Assembly (NCBI GenBank): GCA_040954595.2
Contig: CM082578.2
Span: 15,236,998-15,300,997, forward strand
From: Balanoglossus misakiensis
Taxonomy: Eukaryota > Animalia > Hemichordata
Reading direction: 5' to 3'
DNA length: 64,000 nt
Part shown: in pieces, positions 13,001 to 26,001 of the stretch
Numbering within the stretch: the first letter of the stretch is position 1
Layout: the number at the start of each line of letters is the position of its first letter
Translations under genes and position numbers: made by a program
The notes under the pieces: model-generated
Told to the model about the DNA's origin: nothing
What the model saw: the letters and a program-made list of their open reading frames with translations, nothing else
Databases searched by the model: none

Positions 13001-16000
13001 TGAAAATCATCAGAAAATGACAATTTTTCGACTTTGGGGAATTTCAAAATTTCGTCGATTTTTGAAAAAATCATGGGTTATAGCTCATGAAAATCATCAG
13101 AAAATGACAATTTTTCGACTTTGCGGAATTTCAAAATTTGGTCGATTTTTGAAAAAATCATGGGTTATAGCTCATGAAAATCATCAGAAAATGACAATTT
13201 TTCGACTTTGCGGAATTTCAAAATTTGGTCGATTTTTGAAAAAATCATGGGTTATAGCTCATGAAAATCATCAGAAAATGACAATTTTTCGACTTTGCGG
13301 AATTTCAAAATTTGGTCGATTTTTGAAAAAATCATGGGTTATAGCTCATGAAAATCATCAGAAAATGACAATTTTTCGACTTTGCGGAATTTCAAAATTT
13401 GGTCGATTTTTGAAAAAATCATGGGTTATAGCTCATGAAAATCATCAGAAAATGACAATTTTTCGACTTTGCGGAATTTCAAAATTTGGTCGACTTTTGA
13501 AAAAATCATGGGTTATAGCTCATGAAAATCATCAGAAAATGACAATTTTTCGACTTTGCGGAATTTCAAAATTTGGTCGACTTTTGAAAAAATCATGGGT
13601 TATAGCTCATGAAAATCATCAGAAAATGACAATTTTTCGACTTTGCGGAATTTCAAAATTTGGTCGATTTTTGAAAAAATCATGGGTTATAGCTCATGAA
13701 AATCATCAGAAAATGACAATTTTTCGACTTTGCGGAATTTCAAAATTTGGTCGATTTTTGAAAAAATCATGGGTTATAGCTCATGAAAATCATCAGAAAA
13801 TGACAATTTTTCGACTTTGCGGAATTTCAAAATTTGGTCGACTTTTGAAAAAATCATGGGTTATAGCTCATGAAAATCATCAGAAAATGACAATTTTTCG
13901 ACTTTGCGGAATTTCAAAATTTGGTCGATTTTTGAAAAAATCATGGGTTATAGCTCATGAAAATCATCAGAAAATGACAATTTTTCGACTTTGGGGATTT
14001 TCAAAATTTCGTCGATTTTTGAAAAAATCATGGGTTATAGCTCATGAAAATCATCAGAAAATGACAATTTTTCGACTTTGCGGAATTTCAAAATTTGGTC
14101 GATTTTTGAAAAAATCATGGGTTATAGCTCATGAAAATCATCAGAAAATGACAATTTTTCGACTTTGCGGAATTTCAAAATTTGGTCGATTTTTGAAAAA
14201 ATCATGGGTTATAGCTCATGAAAATCATCAGAAAATGACAATTTTTCGACTTTGCGGAATTTCAAAATTTGGTCGATTTTTGAAAAAATCATGGGTTATA
14301 GCTCATGAAAATCATCCGAAAATGACAATTTTTCGACTTTGCGGAATTTCAAAATTTGGTCGATTTTTGAAAAAATCATGGGTTATAGCTCATGAAAATC
14401 ATCAGAAAATGACAATTTTTCGACTTTGGGGAATTTCAAAATTTCGTCGATTTTTGAAAAAATCATGGGTTATAGCTCATGAAAATCATCAGAAAATGAC
14501 AATTTTTCGACTTTGCGGAATTTCAAAATTTGGTCGATTTTTGAAAAAATCATGGGTTATAGCTCATGAAAATCATCAGAAAATGACAATTTTTCGACTT
14601 TGCGGAATTTCAAAATTTGGTCGATTTTTGAAAAAATCATGGGTTATAGCTCATGAAAATCATCAGAAAATGACAATTTTTCGACTTTGCGGAATTTCAA
14701 AATTTGGTCGATTTTTGAAAAAATCATGGGTTATAGCTCATGAAAATCATCAGAAAATGACAATTTTTCGACTTTGCGGAATTTCAAAATTTGGTCGATT
14801 TTTGAAAAAATCATGGGTTATAGCTCATGAAAATCATCAGAAAATGACAATTTTTCGACTTTGCGGAATTTCAAAATTTGGTCGATTTTTGAAAAAATCA
14901 TGGGTTATAGCTCATGAAAATCATCAGAAAATGACAATTTTTCGACTTTGCGGAATTTCAAAATTTGGTCGATTTTTGAAAAAATCATGGGTTATAGCTC
15001 ATGAAAATCATCAGAAAATGACAATTTTTCGACTTTGCGGAATTTCAAAATTTGGTCGATTTTTGAAAAAATCATGGGTTATAGCTCATGAAAATCATCA
15101 GAAAATGACAATTTTTCGACTTTGCGGAATTTCAAAATTTGGTCGATTTTTGAAAAAATCATGGGTTATAGCTCATGAAAATCATCAGAAAATGACAATT
15201 TTTCGACTTTGCGGAATTTCAAAATTTGGTCGATTTTTGAAAAAATCATGGGTTATAGCTCATGAAAATCATCAGAAAATGACAATTTTTCGACTTTGCG
15301 GAATTTCAAAATTTGGTCGATTTTTGAAAAAATCATGGGTTATAGCTCATGAAAATCATCAGAAAATGACAATTTTCATTGAGACTCAATGGTCGATTTT
15401 TGAAAAAATCATGGGTTATAGCTCATGAAAATCATCAGAAAATGACAATTTTTCGACTTTGGGGAATTTCAAAATTTCGTCGATTTTTGAAAAAATCATG
15501 GGTTATAGCTCATGAAAATCATCAGAAAATGACAATTTTTCGACTTTGCGGAATTTCAAAATTTGGTCGATTTTTGAAAAAATCATGGGTTATAGCTCAT
15601 GAAAATCATCAGAAAATGACAATTTTTCGACTTTGGGGAATTTCAAAATTTCGTCGATTTTTGAAAAAATCATGGGTTATAGCTCATGAAAATCATCAGA
15701 AAATGACAATTTTTCGACTTTGCGGAATTTCAAAATTTGGTCGATTTTTGAAAAAATCATGGGTTATAGCCCATGAAAATCATCAGAAAATGACAATTTT
15801 TCGACTTTGCGGAATTTCAAAATTTGGTCGATTTTTGAAAAAATCATGGGTTATAGCTCATGAAAATCATCAGAAAATGACAATTTTTCGACTTTGCGGA
15901 ATTTCAAAATTTGGTCGATTTTTGAAAAAATCATGGGTTATAGCTCATGAAAATCATCAGAAAATGACAATTTTTCGACTTTGCGGAATTTCAAAATTTG

Positions 16001-19000
16001 GTCGATTTTTGAAAAAATCATGGGTTATAGCTCATGAAAATCATCAGAAAATGAAAATTTTTCGACTTTGCGGAATTTCAAAATTTGGTCGATTTTTGAA
16101 AAACTCATGGGTTATAGCTCATGAAAATCATCAGAAAATGAAAATTTTTCGACTTTGCGGAATTTCAAAATTTGGTCGATTTTTGAAAAACTCATGGGTT
16201 ATAGCTCATGAAAATCATCAGAAAATGACAATTTTTCGACTTTGCGGAATTTCAAAATTTGGTCGATTTTTGAAAAAATCATGGGTTATAGCTCATGAAA
16301 ATCATCAGAAAATGACAATTTTTCGACTTTGCGGAATTTCAAAATTTGGTCGATTTTTGAAAAAATCATGGGTTATAGCTCATGAAAATCATCAGAAAAT
16401 GACAATTTTTCGACTTTGCGGAATTTCAAAATTTGGTCGATTTTTGAAAAAATCATGGGTTATAGCTCATGAAAATCATCAGAAAATGACAATTTTTCGA
16501 CTTTGCGGAATTTCAAAATTTGGTCGATTTTTGAAAAAATCATGGGTTATAGCTCATGAAAATCATCAGAAAATGACAATTTTTCGACTTTGCGGAATTT
16601 CAAAATTTGGTCGATTTTTGAAAAAATCATGGGTTATAGCTCATGAAAATCATCAGAAAATGACAATTTTTCGACTTTGCGGAATTTCAAAATTTGGTCG
16701 ATTTTTGAAAAAATCATGGGTTATAGCTCATGAAAATCATCAGAAAATGACAATTTTTCGACTTTGGGGAATTTCAAAATTTGGTCGATTTTTGAAAAAA
16801 TCATGGGTTATAGCTCATGAAAATCATCAGAAAATGACAATTTTTCGACTTTGGGGAATTTCAAAATTTGGTCGATTTTTGAAAAAATCATGGGTTATAG
16901 CTCATGAAAATCATCAGAAAATGACAATTTTTCGACTTTGCGGAATTTCAAAATTTGGTCGATTTTTGAAAAAATCATGGGTTATAGCTCATGAAAATCA
17001 TCAGAAAATGACAATTTTTCGACTTTGCGGAATTTCAAAATTTGGTCGATTTTTGAAAAAATCATGGGTTATAGCTCATGAAAATCATCAGATAATGAAA
17101 ATTTTTCGACTTTGCGGAATTTCAAAATTTGGTCGATTTTTGAAAAAATCATGGGTTATAGCTCATGAAAATCATCAGAAAATGACAATTTTTCGACTTT
17201 GCGGAATTTCAAAATTTGGTCGATTTTTGAAAAAATCATGGGTTATAGCTCATGAAAATCATCAGAAAATGACAATTTTTCGACTTTGCGGAATTTCAAA
17301 ATTTGGTCGATTTTTGAAAAAATCATGGGTTATAGCTCATGAAAATCATCAGAAAATGACAATTTTTCGACTTTGCGGAATTTCAAAATTTGGTCGATTT
17401 TTGAAAAAATCATGGGTTATAGCTCATGAAAATCATCAGAAAATGACAATTTTTCGACTTTGCGGAATTTCAAAATTTCGTCGATTTTTGAAAAAATCAT
17501 GGGTTATAGCTCATGAAAATCATCAGAAAATGACAATTTTTCGACTTTGCGGAATTTCAAAATTTGGTCGATTTTTGAAAAAATCATGGGTTATAGCTCA
17601 TGAAAATCATCAGAAAATGACAATTTTTCGACTTTGCGGAATTTCAAAATTTCGTCGATTTTTGAAAAAATCATGGGTTATAGCTCATGAAAATCATCAG
17701 AAAATGAAAATTTTTCGACTTTGCGGAATTTCAAAATTTCGTCGATTTTTGAAAAAATCATGGGTTATAGCTCATGAAAATCATCAGAAAATGACAATTT
17801 TTCGACTTTGCGGAATTTCAAAATTTGGTCGATTTTTGAAAAAATCATGGGTTATAGCTCATGAAAATCATCAGAAAATGACAATTTTTCGACTTTGGGG
17901 AATTTCAAAATTTCGTCGATTTTTGAAAAAATCATGGGTTATAGCTCATGAAAATCATCAGAAAATGACAATTTTTCGACTTTGCGGAATTTCAAAATTT
18001 GGTCGATTTTTGAAAAAATCATGGGTTATAGCTCATGAAAATCATCAGAAAATGACAATTTTTCGACTTTGGGGAATTTCAAAATTTCGTCGATTTTTGA
18101 AAAAATCATGGGTTATAGCTCATGAAAATCATCAGAAAATGAAAATTTTTCGACTTTGCGGAATTTCAAAATTTGGTCGATTTTTGAAAAAATCATGGGT
18201 TATAGCTCATGAAAATCATCAGAAAATGACAATTTTTCGACTTTGCGGAATTTCAAAATTTGGTCGATTTTTGAAAAAATCATGGGTTATAGCTCATGAA
18301 AATCATCAGAAAATGACAATTTTTCGACTTTGCGGAATTTCAAAATTTGGTCGATTTTTGAAAAAATCATGGGTTATAGCTCATGAAAATCATCAGAAAA
18401 TGACAATTTTTCGACTTTGCGGAATTTCAAAATTTGGTCGATTTTTGAAAAAATCATGGGTTATAGCTCATGAAAATCATCAGAAAATGACAATTTTTCG
18501 ACTTTGCGGAATTTCAAAATTTGGTCGATTTTTGAAAAAATCATGGGTTATAGCTCATGAAAATCATCAGAAAATGACAATTTTTCGACTTTGCGGAATT
18601 TCAAAATTTGGTCGACTTTTGAAAAAATCATGGGTTATAGCTCATGAAAATCATCAGAAAATGACAATTTTTCGACTTTGCGGAATTTCAAAATTTGGTC
18701 GACTTTTGAAAAAATCATGGGTTATAGCTCATGAAAATCATCAGAAAATGACAATTTTTCGACTTTGCGGAATTTCAAAATTTGGTCGATTTTTGAAAAA
18801 ATCATGGGTTATAGCTCATGAAAATCATCAGAAAATGACAATTTTTCGACTTTGCGGAATTTCAAAATTTGGTCGATTTTTGAAAAAATCATGGGTTATA
18901 GCTCATGAAAATCATCAGAAAATGACAATTTTTCGACTTTGCGGAATTTCAAAATTTGGTCGATTTTTGAAAAAATCATGGGTTATAGCTCATGAAAATC

Positions 19001-22000
19001 ATCAGAAAATGACAATTTTTCGACTTTGCGGAATTTCAAAATTTGGTCGATTTTTGAAAAAATCATGGGTTATAGCTCATGAAAATCATCAGAAAATGAC
19101 AATTTTTCGACTTTGCGGAATTTCAAAATTTGGTCGATTTTTGAAAAAATCATGGGTTATAGCTCATGAAAATCATCAGAAAATGACAATTTTTCGACTT
19201 TGGGGAATTTCAAAATTTGGTCGATTTTTGAAAAAATCATGGGTTATAGCTCATGAAAATCATCAGAAAATGACAATTTTTCGACTTTGCGGAATTTCAA
19301 AATTTGGTCGATTTTTGAAAAAATCATGGGTTATAGCTCATGAAAATCATCAGAAAATGACAATTTTTCGACTTTGCGGAATTTCAAAATTTGGTCGATT
19401 TTTGAAAAAATCATGGGTTATAGCTCATGAAAATCATCAGAAAATGACAATTTTTCGACTTTGCGGAATTTCAAAATTTGGTCGATTTTTGAAAAAATCA
19501 TGGGTTATAGCTCATGAAAATCATCAGAAAATGACAATTTTTCGACTTTGCGGAATTTCAAAATTTGGTCGATTTTTGAAAAAATCATGGGTTATAGCTC
19601 ATGAAAATCATCAGAAAATGACAATTTTTCGACTTTGGGGAATTTCAAAATTTCGTCGATTTTTGAAAAAATCATGGGTTATAGCTCATGAAAATCATCA
19701 GAAAATGACAATTTTTCGACTTTGCGGAATTTCAAAATTTGGTCGATTTTTGAAAAAATCATGGGTTATAGCTCATGAAAATCATCAGAAAATGACAATT
19801 TTTCGACTTTGCGGAATTTCAAAATTTGGTCGATTTTTGAAAAAATCATGGGTTATAGCTCATGAAAATCATCAGAAAATGACAATTTTTCGACTTTGCG
19901 GAATTTCAAAATTTGGTCGATTTTTGAAAAAATCATGGGTTATAGCTCATGAAAATCATCAGAAAATGACAATTTTTCGACTTTGCGGAATTTCAAAATT
20001 TGGTCGATTTTTGAAAAAATCATGGGTTATAGCTCATGAAAATCATCAGAAAATGACAATTTTTCGACTTTGCGGAATTTCAAAATTTGGTCGATTTTTG
20101 AAAAAATCATGGGTTATAGCTCATGAAAATCATCAGAAAATGACAATTTTTCGACTTTGCGGAATTTCAAAATTTGGTCGATTTTTGAAAAAATCATGGG
20201 TTATAGCTCATGAAAATCATCAGAAAATGACAATTTTTCGACTTTGCGGAATTTCAAAATTTGGTCGATTTTTGAAAAAATCATGGGTTATAGCTCATGA
20301 AAATCATCAGAAAATGACAATTTTTCGACTTTGCGGAATTTCAAAATTTGGTCGATTTTTGAAAAAATCATGGGTTATAGCTCATGAAAATCATCAGAAA
20401 ATGACAATTTTTCGACTTTGCGGAATTTCAAAATTTGGTCGATTTTTGAAAAAATCATGGGTTATAGCTCATGAAAATCATCAGAAAATGACAATTTTTC
20501 GACTTTGCGGAATTTCAAAATTTGGTCGATTTTTGAAAAAATCATGGGTTATAGCTCATGAAAATCATCAGAAAATGACAATTTTTCGACTTTGCGGAAT
20601 TTCAAAATTTGGTCGATTTTTGAAAAAATCATGGGTTATAGCTCATGAAAATCATCAGAAAATGACAATTTTCATTGAGACTCAATGGTCGATTTTTGAA
20701 AAAATCATGGGTTATAGCTCATGAAAATCATCAGAAAATGACAATTTTTCGACTTTGGGGAATTTCAAAATTTCGTCGATTTTTGAAAAAATCATGGGTT
20801 ATAGCTCATGAAAATCATCAGAAAATGACAATTTTTCGACTTTGCGGAATTTCAAAATTTGGTCGATTTTTGAAAAAATCATGGGTTATAGCTCATGAAA
20901 ATCATCAGAAAATGACAATTTTTCGACTTTGGGGAATTTCAAAATTTCGTCGATTTTTGAAAAAATCATGGGTTATAGCTCATGAAAATCATCAGAAAAT
21001 GACAATTTTTCGACTTTGCGGAATTTCAAAATTTGGTCGATTTTTGAAAAAATCATGGGTTATAGCCCATGAAAATCATCAGAAAATGACAATTTTTCGA
21101 CTTTGCGGAATTTCAAAATTTGGTCGATTTTTGAAAAAATCATGGGTTATAGCTCATGAAAATCATCAGAAAATGACAATTTTTCGACTTTGCGGAATTT
21201 CAAAATTTGGTCGATTTTTGAAAAAATCATGGGTTATAGCTCATGAAAATCATCAGAAAATGACAATTTTTCGACTTTGCGGAATTTCAAAATTTGGTCG
21301 ATTTTTGAAAAAATCATGGGTTATAGCTCATGAAAATCATCAGAAAATGACAATTTTTCGACTTTGCGGAATTTCAAAATTTGGTCGATTTTTGAAAAAC
21401 TCATGGGTTATAGCTCATGAAAATCATCAGAAAATGAAAATTTTTCGACTTTGCGGAATTTCAAAATTTGGTCGATTTTTGAAAAACTCATGGGTTATAC
21501 CTCATGAAAATCATCAGAAAATGAAAATTTTTCGACTTTGCGGAATTTCAAAATTTGGTCGATTTTTGAAAAACTCATGGGTTATAGCTCATGAAAATCA
21601 TCAGAAAATGACAATTTTTCGACTTTGCGGAATTTCAAAATTTGGTCGATTTTTGAAAAAATCATGGGTTATAGCTCATGAAAATCATCAGAAAATGACA
21701 ATTTTTCGACTTTGCGGAATTTCAAAATTTGGTCGATTTTTGAAAAAATCATGGGTTATAGCTCATGAAAATCATCAGAAAATGACAATTTTTCGACTTT
21801 GCGGAATTTCAAAATTTGGTCGATTTTTGAAAAAATCATGGGTTATAGCTCATGAAAATCATCAGAAAATGACAATTTTTCGACTTTGCGGAATTTCAAA
21901 ATTTGGTCGATTTTTGAAAAAATCATGGGTTATAGCTCATGAAAATCATCAGAAAATGACAATTTTTCGACTTTGCGGAATTTCAAAATTTGGTCGATTT

Positions 22001-24760
22001 TTGAAAAAATCATGGGTTATAGCTCATGAAAATCATCAGAAAATGACAATTTTTCGACTTTGGGGAATTTCAAAATTTGGTCGATTTTTGAAAAAATCAT
22101 GGGTTATAGCTCATGAAAATCATCAGAAAATGACAATTTTTCGACTTTGGGGAATTTCAAAATTTGGTCGATTTTTGAAAAAATCATGGGTTATAGCTCA
22201 TGAAAATCATCAGAAAATGACAATTTTTCGACTTTGCGGAATTTCAAAATTTGGTCGATTTTTGAAAAAATCATGGGTTATAGCTCATGAAAATCATCAG
22301 AAAATGACAATTTTTCGACTTTGCGGAATTTCAAAATTTGGTCGATTTTTGAAAAAATCATGGGTTATAGCTCATGAAAATCATCAGAAAATGAAAATTT
22401 TTCGACTTTGCGGAATTTCAAAATTTGGTCGATTTTTGAAAAAATCATGGGTTATAGCTCATGAAAATCATCAGAAAATGACAATTTTTCGACTTTGCGG
22501 AATTTCAAAATTTGGTCGATTTTTGAAAAAATCATGGGTTATAGCTCATGAAAATCATCAGAAAATGACAATTTTTCGACTTTGCGGAATTTCAAAATTT
22601 GGTCGATTTTTGAAAAAATCATGGGTTATAGCTCATGAAAATCATCAGAAAATGACAATTTTTCGACTTTGCGGAATTTCAAAATTTGGTCGATTTTTGA
22701 AAAAATCATGGGTTATAGCTCATGAAAATCATCAGAAAATGACAATTTTTCGACTTTGCGGAATTTCAAAATTTGGTCGATTTTTGAAAAAATCATGGGT
22801 TATAGCTCATGAAAATCATCAGAAAATGACAATTTTTCGACTTTGCGGAATTTCAAAATTTGGTCGATTTTTGAAAAAATCATGGGTTATAGCTCATGAA
22901 AATCATCAGAAAATGACAATTTTTCGACTTTGCGGAATTTCAAAATTTCGTCGATTTTTGAAAAAATCATGGGTTATAGCTCATGAAAATCATCAGAAAA
23001 TGACAATTTTTCGACTTTGGGGAATTTCAAAATTTGGTCGATTTTTGAAAAAATCATGGGTTATAGCTCATGAAAATCATCAGAAAATGACAATTTTTCG
23101 ACTTTGGGGAATTTCAAAATTTGGTCGATTTTTGAAAAAATCATGGGTTATAGCTCATGAAAATCATCAGAAAATGACAATTTTTCGACTTTGCGGAATT
23201 TCAAAATTTGGTCGATTTTTGAAAAAATCATGGGTTATAGCTCATGAAAATCATCAGAAAATGACAATTTTTCGACTTTGCGGAATTTCAAAATTTGGTC
23301 GATTTTTGAAAAAATCATGGGTTATAGCTCATGAAAATCATCAGAAAATGACAATTTTTCGACTTTGCGGAATTTCAAAATTTGGTCGATTTTTGAAAAA
23401 ATCATGGGTTATAGCTCATGAAAATCATCAGAAAATGACAATTTTTCGACTTTGCGGAATTTCAAAATTTGGTCGATTTTTAAAAAAATCATGGGTTATA
23501 GCTCATGAAAATCATCAGAAAATGACAATTTTTCGACTTTGCGGAATTTCAAAATTTGGTCGATTTTTGAAAAAATCATGGGTTATAGCTCATGAAAATC
23601 ATCAGAAAATGACAATTTTTCGACTTTGCGGAATTTCAAAATTTGGTCGATTTTTGAAAAAATCATGGGTTATAGCTCATGAAAATCATCAGAAAATGAC
23701 AATTTTTCGACTTTGCGGAATTTCAAAATTTGGTCGATTTTTGAAAAAATCATGGGTTATAGCTCATGAAAATCATCAGAAAATGACAATTTTTCGACTT
23801 TGCGGAATTTCAAAATTTGGTCGATTTTTGAAAAAATCATGGGTTATAGCTCATGAAAATCATCAGAAAATGACAATTTTTCGACTTTGCGGAATTTCAA
23901 AATTTGGTCGATTTTTGAAAAAATCATGGGTTATAGCTCATGAAAATCATCAGAAAATGACAATTTTTCGACTTTGCGGAATTTCAAAATTTGGTCGATT
24001 TTTGAAAAAATCATGGGTTATAGCTCATGAAAATCATCAGAAAATGACAATTTTTTGACTTTGCGGAATTTCAAAATTTCGTCGATTTTTGAAAAAATCA
24101 TGGGTTATAGCCCATGAAAATCATCAGAAAATGACAATTTTTCGACTTTGGAGAATTTCAAAATTTGGTCGATTTTTGAAAAAATCATGGGTTATAGCCC
24201 ATGAAAATCATCAGAAAATGACAATTTTCCGACTTTGTGGAATTTCAAAATTTGGTCGATTTTTGAAAAAATCATGGGTTATAGCTCATGAAAATCATCA
24301 GAAAATGACAATTTTCCGACTTTGTGGAATTTCAAAATTTGGTCGATTTTTGAAAAAATCATGGGTTATAGCTCATGAAAATCATCAGAAAATGACAATT
24401 TTTCGACTTTGCGGAATTTCAAAATTTGGTCGATTTTTGAAAAAATCATAGGTTATAGCTCATGAAAATCATCAGAAAATGACAATTTTTCGACTTTGCG
24501 GAATTTCAAAATTTCGTCGATTTTTGAAAAAAACATTGGTTATAGCTCATGAAAATCATCAGAAAATGACAATTTTTCGACTTTGCGGAATTTCAAAATT
24601 TCGTCGATTTTTGAAAAAATCATGGGTTATAGCTCATGAAAATCATCAGAAAATGACAATTTTTCGACTTTGCGAAATTTCAAAATTTGGTCGATTTTTG
24701 AAAAAATCATGTGTTATAGCTCATGTAAATCATCAGAAAATGACAATTTTTTGACTTTGG
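1013..24760. repeat. Satellite-like tandem array, 87-bp monomer, ~273 copies, ~30% GC
   Basis: Consensus ATGACAATTTTTCGACTTTGCGGAATTTCAAAATTTGGTCGATTTTTGAAAAAATCATGGGTTATAGCTCATGAAAATCATCAGAAA, head-to-tail. Most copies are identical to consensus; the last ~8 are more diverged. Confidence 0.99.
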
Positions 24761-24775
24761 CAATTTTTTGCTGCA

Positions 24776-24809
24776 TGACAACGCAAATGCAAATTGCATT
24801 GCAGTGTCA
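24776..24809. other. Imperfect stem-loop just right of the array (possible Helentron-type 3' hairpin)
   Basis: Core AATGCA-aat-TGCATT (24786-24800) closed by outer TGACA/TGTCA (24776-24780 / 24805-24809). Confidence 0.6.
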
Positions 24810-26001
24810 CTTTACAAGAGTTTATCGGTCCCGCATTAATATCTTTTACGCATCAGTGAGCGTGGAATTTTGTAATACATTTCACTTGACAGGCAGAGAG
24901 ACCAAACTCCTGACTTTAGGTAGTTGAATACATTAATCACTCTCTGGTCCATCATTACAGAGGAAAGACCACGTAGTAAATCATCACTTTTGATAATAAT
25001 TCTGACTCTCAGTTCTTTTGATCTGGCGCGGTAGTCATAAACTGGTACAAATTTGTAGTATCTCGCCATCGAACTGCACACACCGTCCCACTGGTGCATC
25101 ATATACCATTTTCTTCCAGCAAAATGGCTATAACGAATGCAAGGTCGCTGTGTCGAGTGTCACACGAGATATTATAATGCATAATTCATTTCCACATACC
25201 TGATGTCAGCTGTAATGCTTTGAACCATTTTGAGGGCATTTCATCTGCCTTTACTATCATCATTCGAAAATGTATCTGCTGATATATATATTTCCTCATT
25301 TGGCGAAAATGGTTTCATTTATAAGGAAATAATAAATACTTTTAGACAAGTCATAGTGAACTATCAATTTCTTTATTCCCCAGAAAAAATATTCAAGTAT
25401 AAACTTACATTCCACGAAATTGGTCCAGTCGGCCATGGGCAATTTACAAAATTACCGTGATGTGTGTATAAGCACAACGGAGAAATGCATTCAAATATTA
25501 AAACGATTTTGTTTCCATTACAGTTGGCATTACATGGTTGGGAAGGCAATAACTGGCAATTAATGAACAAACAATGTGAGCGTTAATGCAAAATGTCACT
25601 GAAAAATCCGCTTTACAGCCTTCTGTCGAGCCATTTAGTCCGCTTTGCTCATGCATGGTCAACGCACACTCAAGATTTATATCCACTTGCTATCTTAAAC
25701 ACGGCCGCCAGGTTGATGCATTGAATTGGGGGTCAACGATTAAGTGTTGGAATGCATGTGACCAGATTCTTGCCAAGAATCGAAACTTAATCATTCAATC
25801 GGTTGTCCATCTGATACAGTGACTTCTTTAACAAACAGGGCTCTACATCAATTATATTAGGCCTTCAGCTTCAGCTGAGTACAGATTTCGAAATCAGACA
25901 CATTTGAAAGGAACCTGCATGCATTTATCTTGACGTGGAATTTCAACGTTTATTGTCTAGTGGGTTGTCTAGTGAACTTATTATGTTACGGTGAGGTATG
26001 G

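Larger units (their letters stand above)
863..24823 (+). mobile_element. Candidate non-autonomous Helentron-type element (HINE/DINE-1/pearl-like) with a hugely expanded central tandem repeat
   Basis: Module order: TTATTAAGTCAT start, GT/GTCT microsatellite, inverted partial copy of the core repeat, tandem core repeats, ATGAC plus stem-loop, short T run. This order fits HINE-type elements. The subterminal inverted-repeat match is only 5 bp (GTCAT/ATGAC), so the ends are tentative. Confidence 0.5.

Noticed and set aside
875-24754. Giant ORFs (up to 2120 aa) as protein-coding genes
   Set aside because: A consequence of a 3n-length satellite monomer with one stop-free frame; no gene structure. 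Kept only as a low-interest finding.
1013-24760. CRISPR array or other repeat-spacer system
   Set aside because: No unique spacers, no cas genes, eukaryotic context.
24830-26000. Continuation of BEL/Pao pol or a 3' LTR
   Set aside because: No protease, RT, RNase H or integrase motifs recognised, and no second LTR copy.
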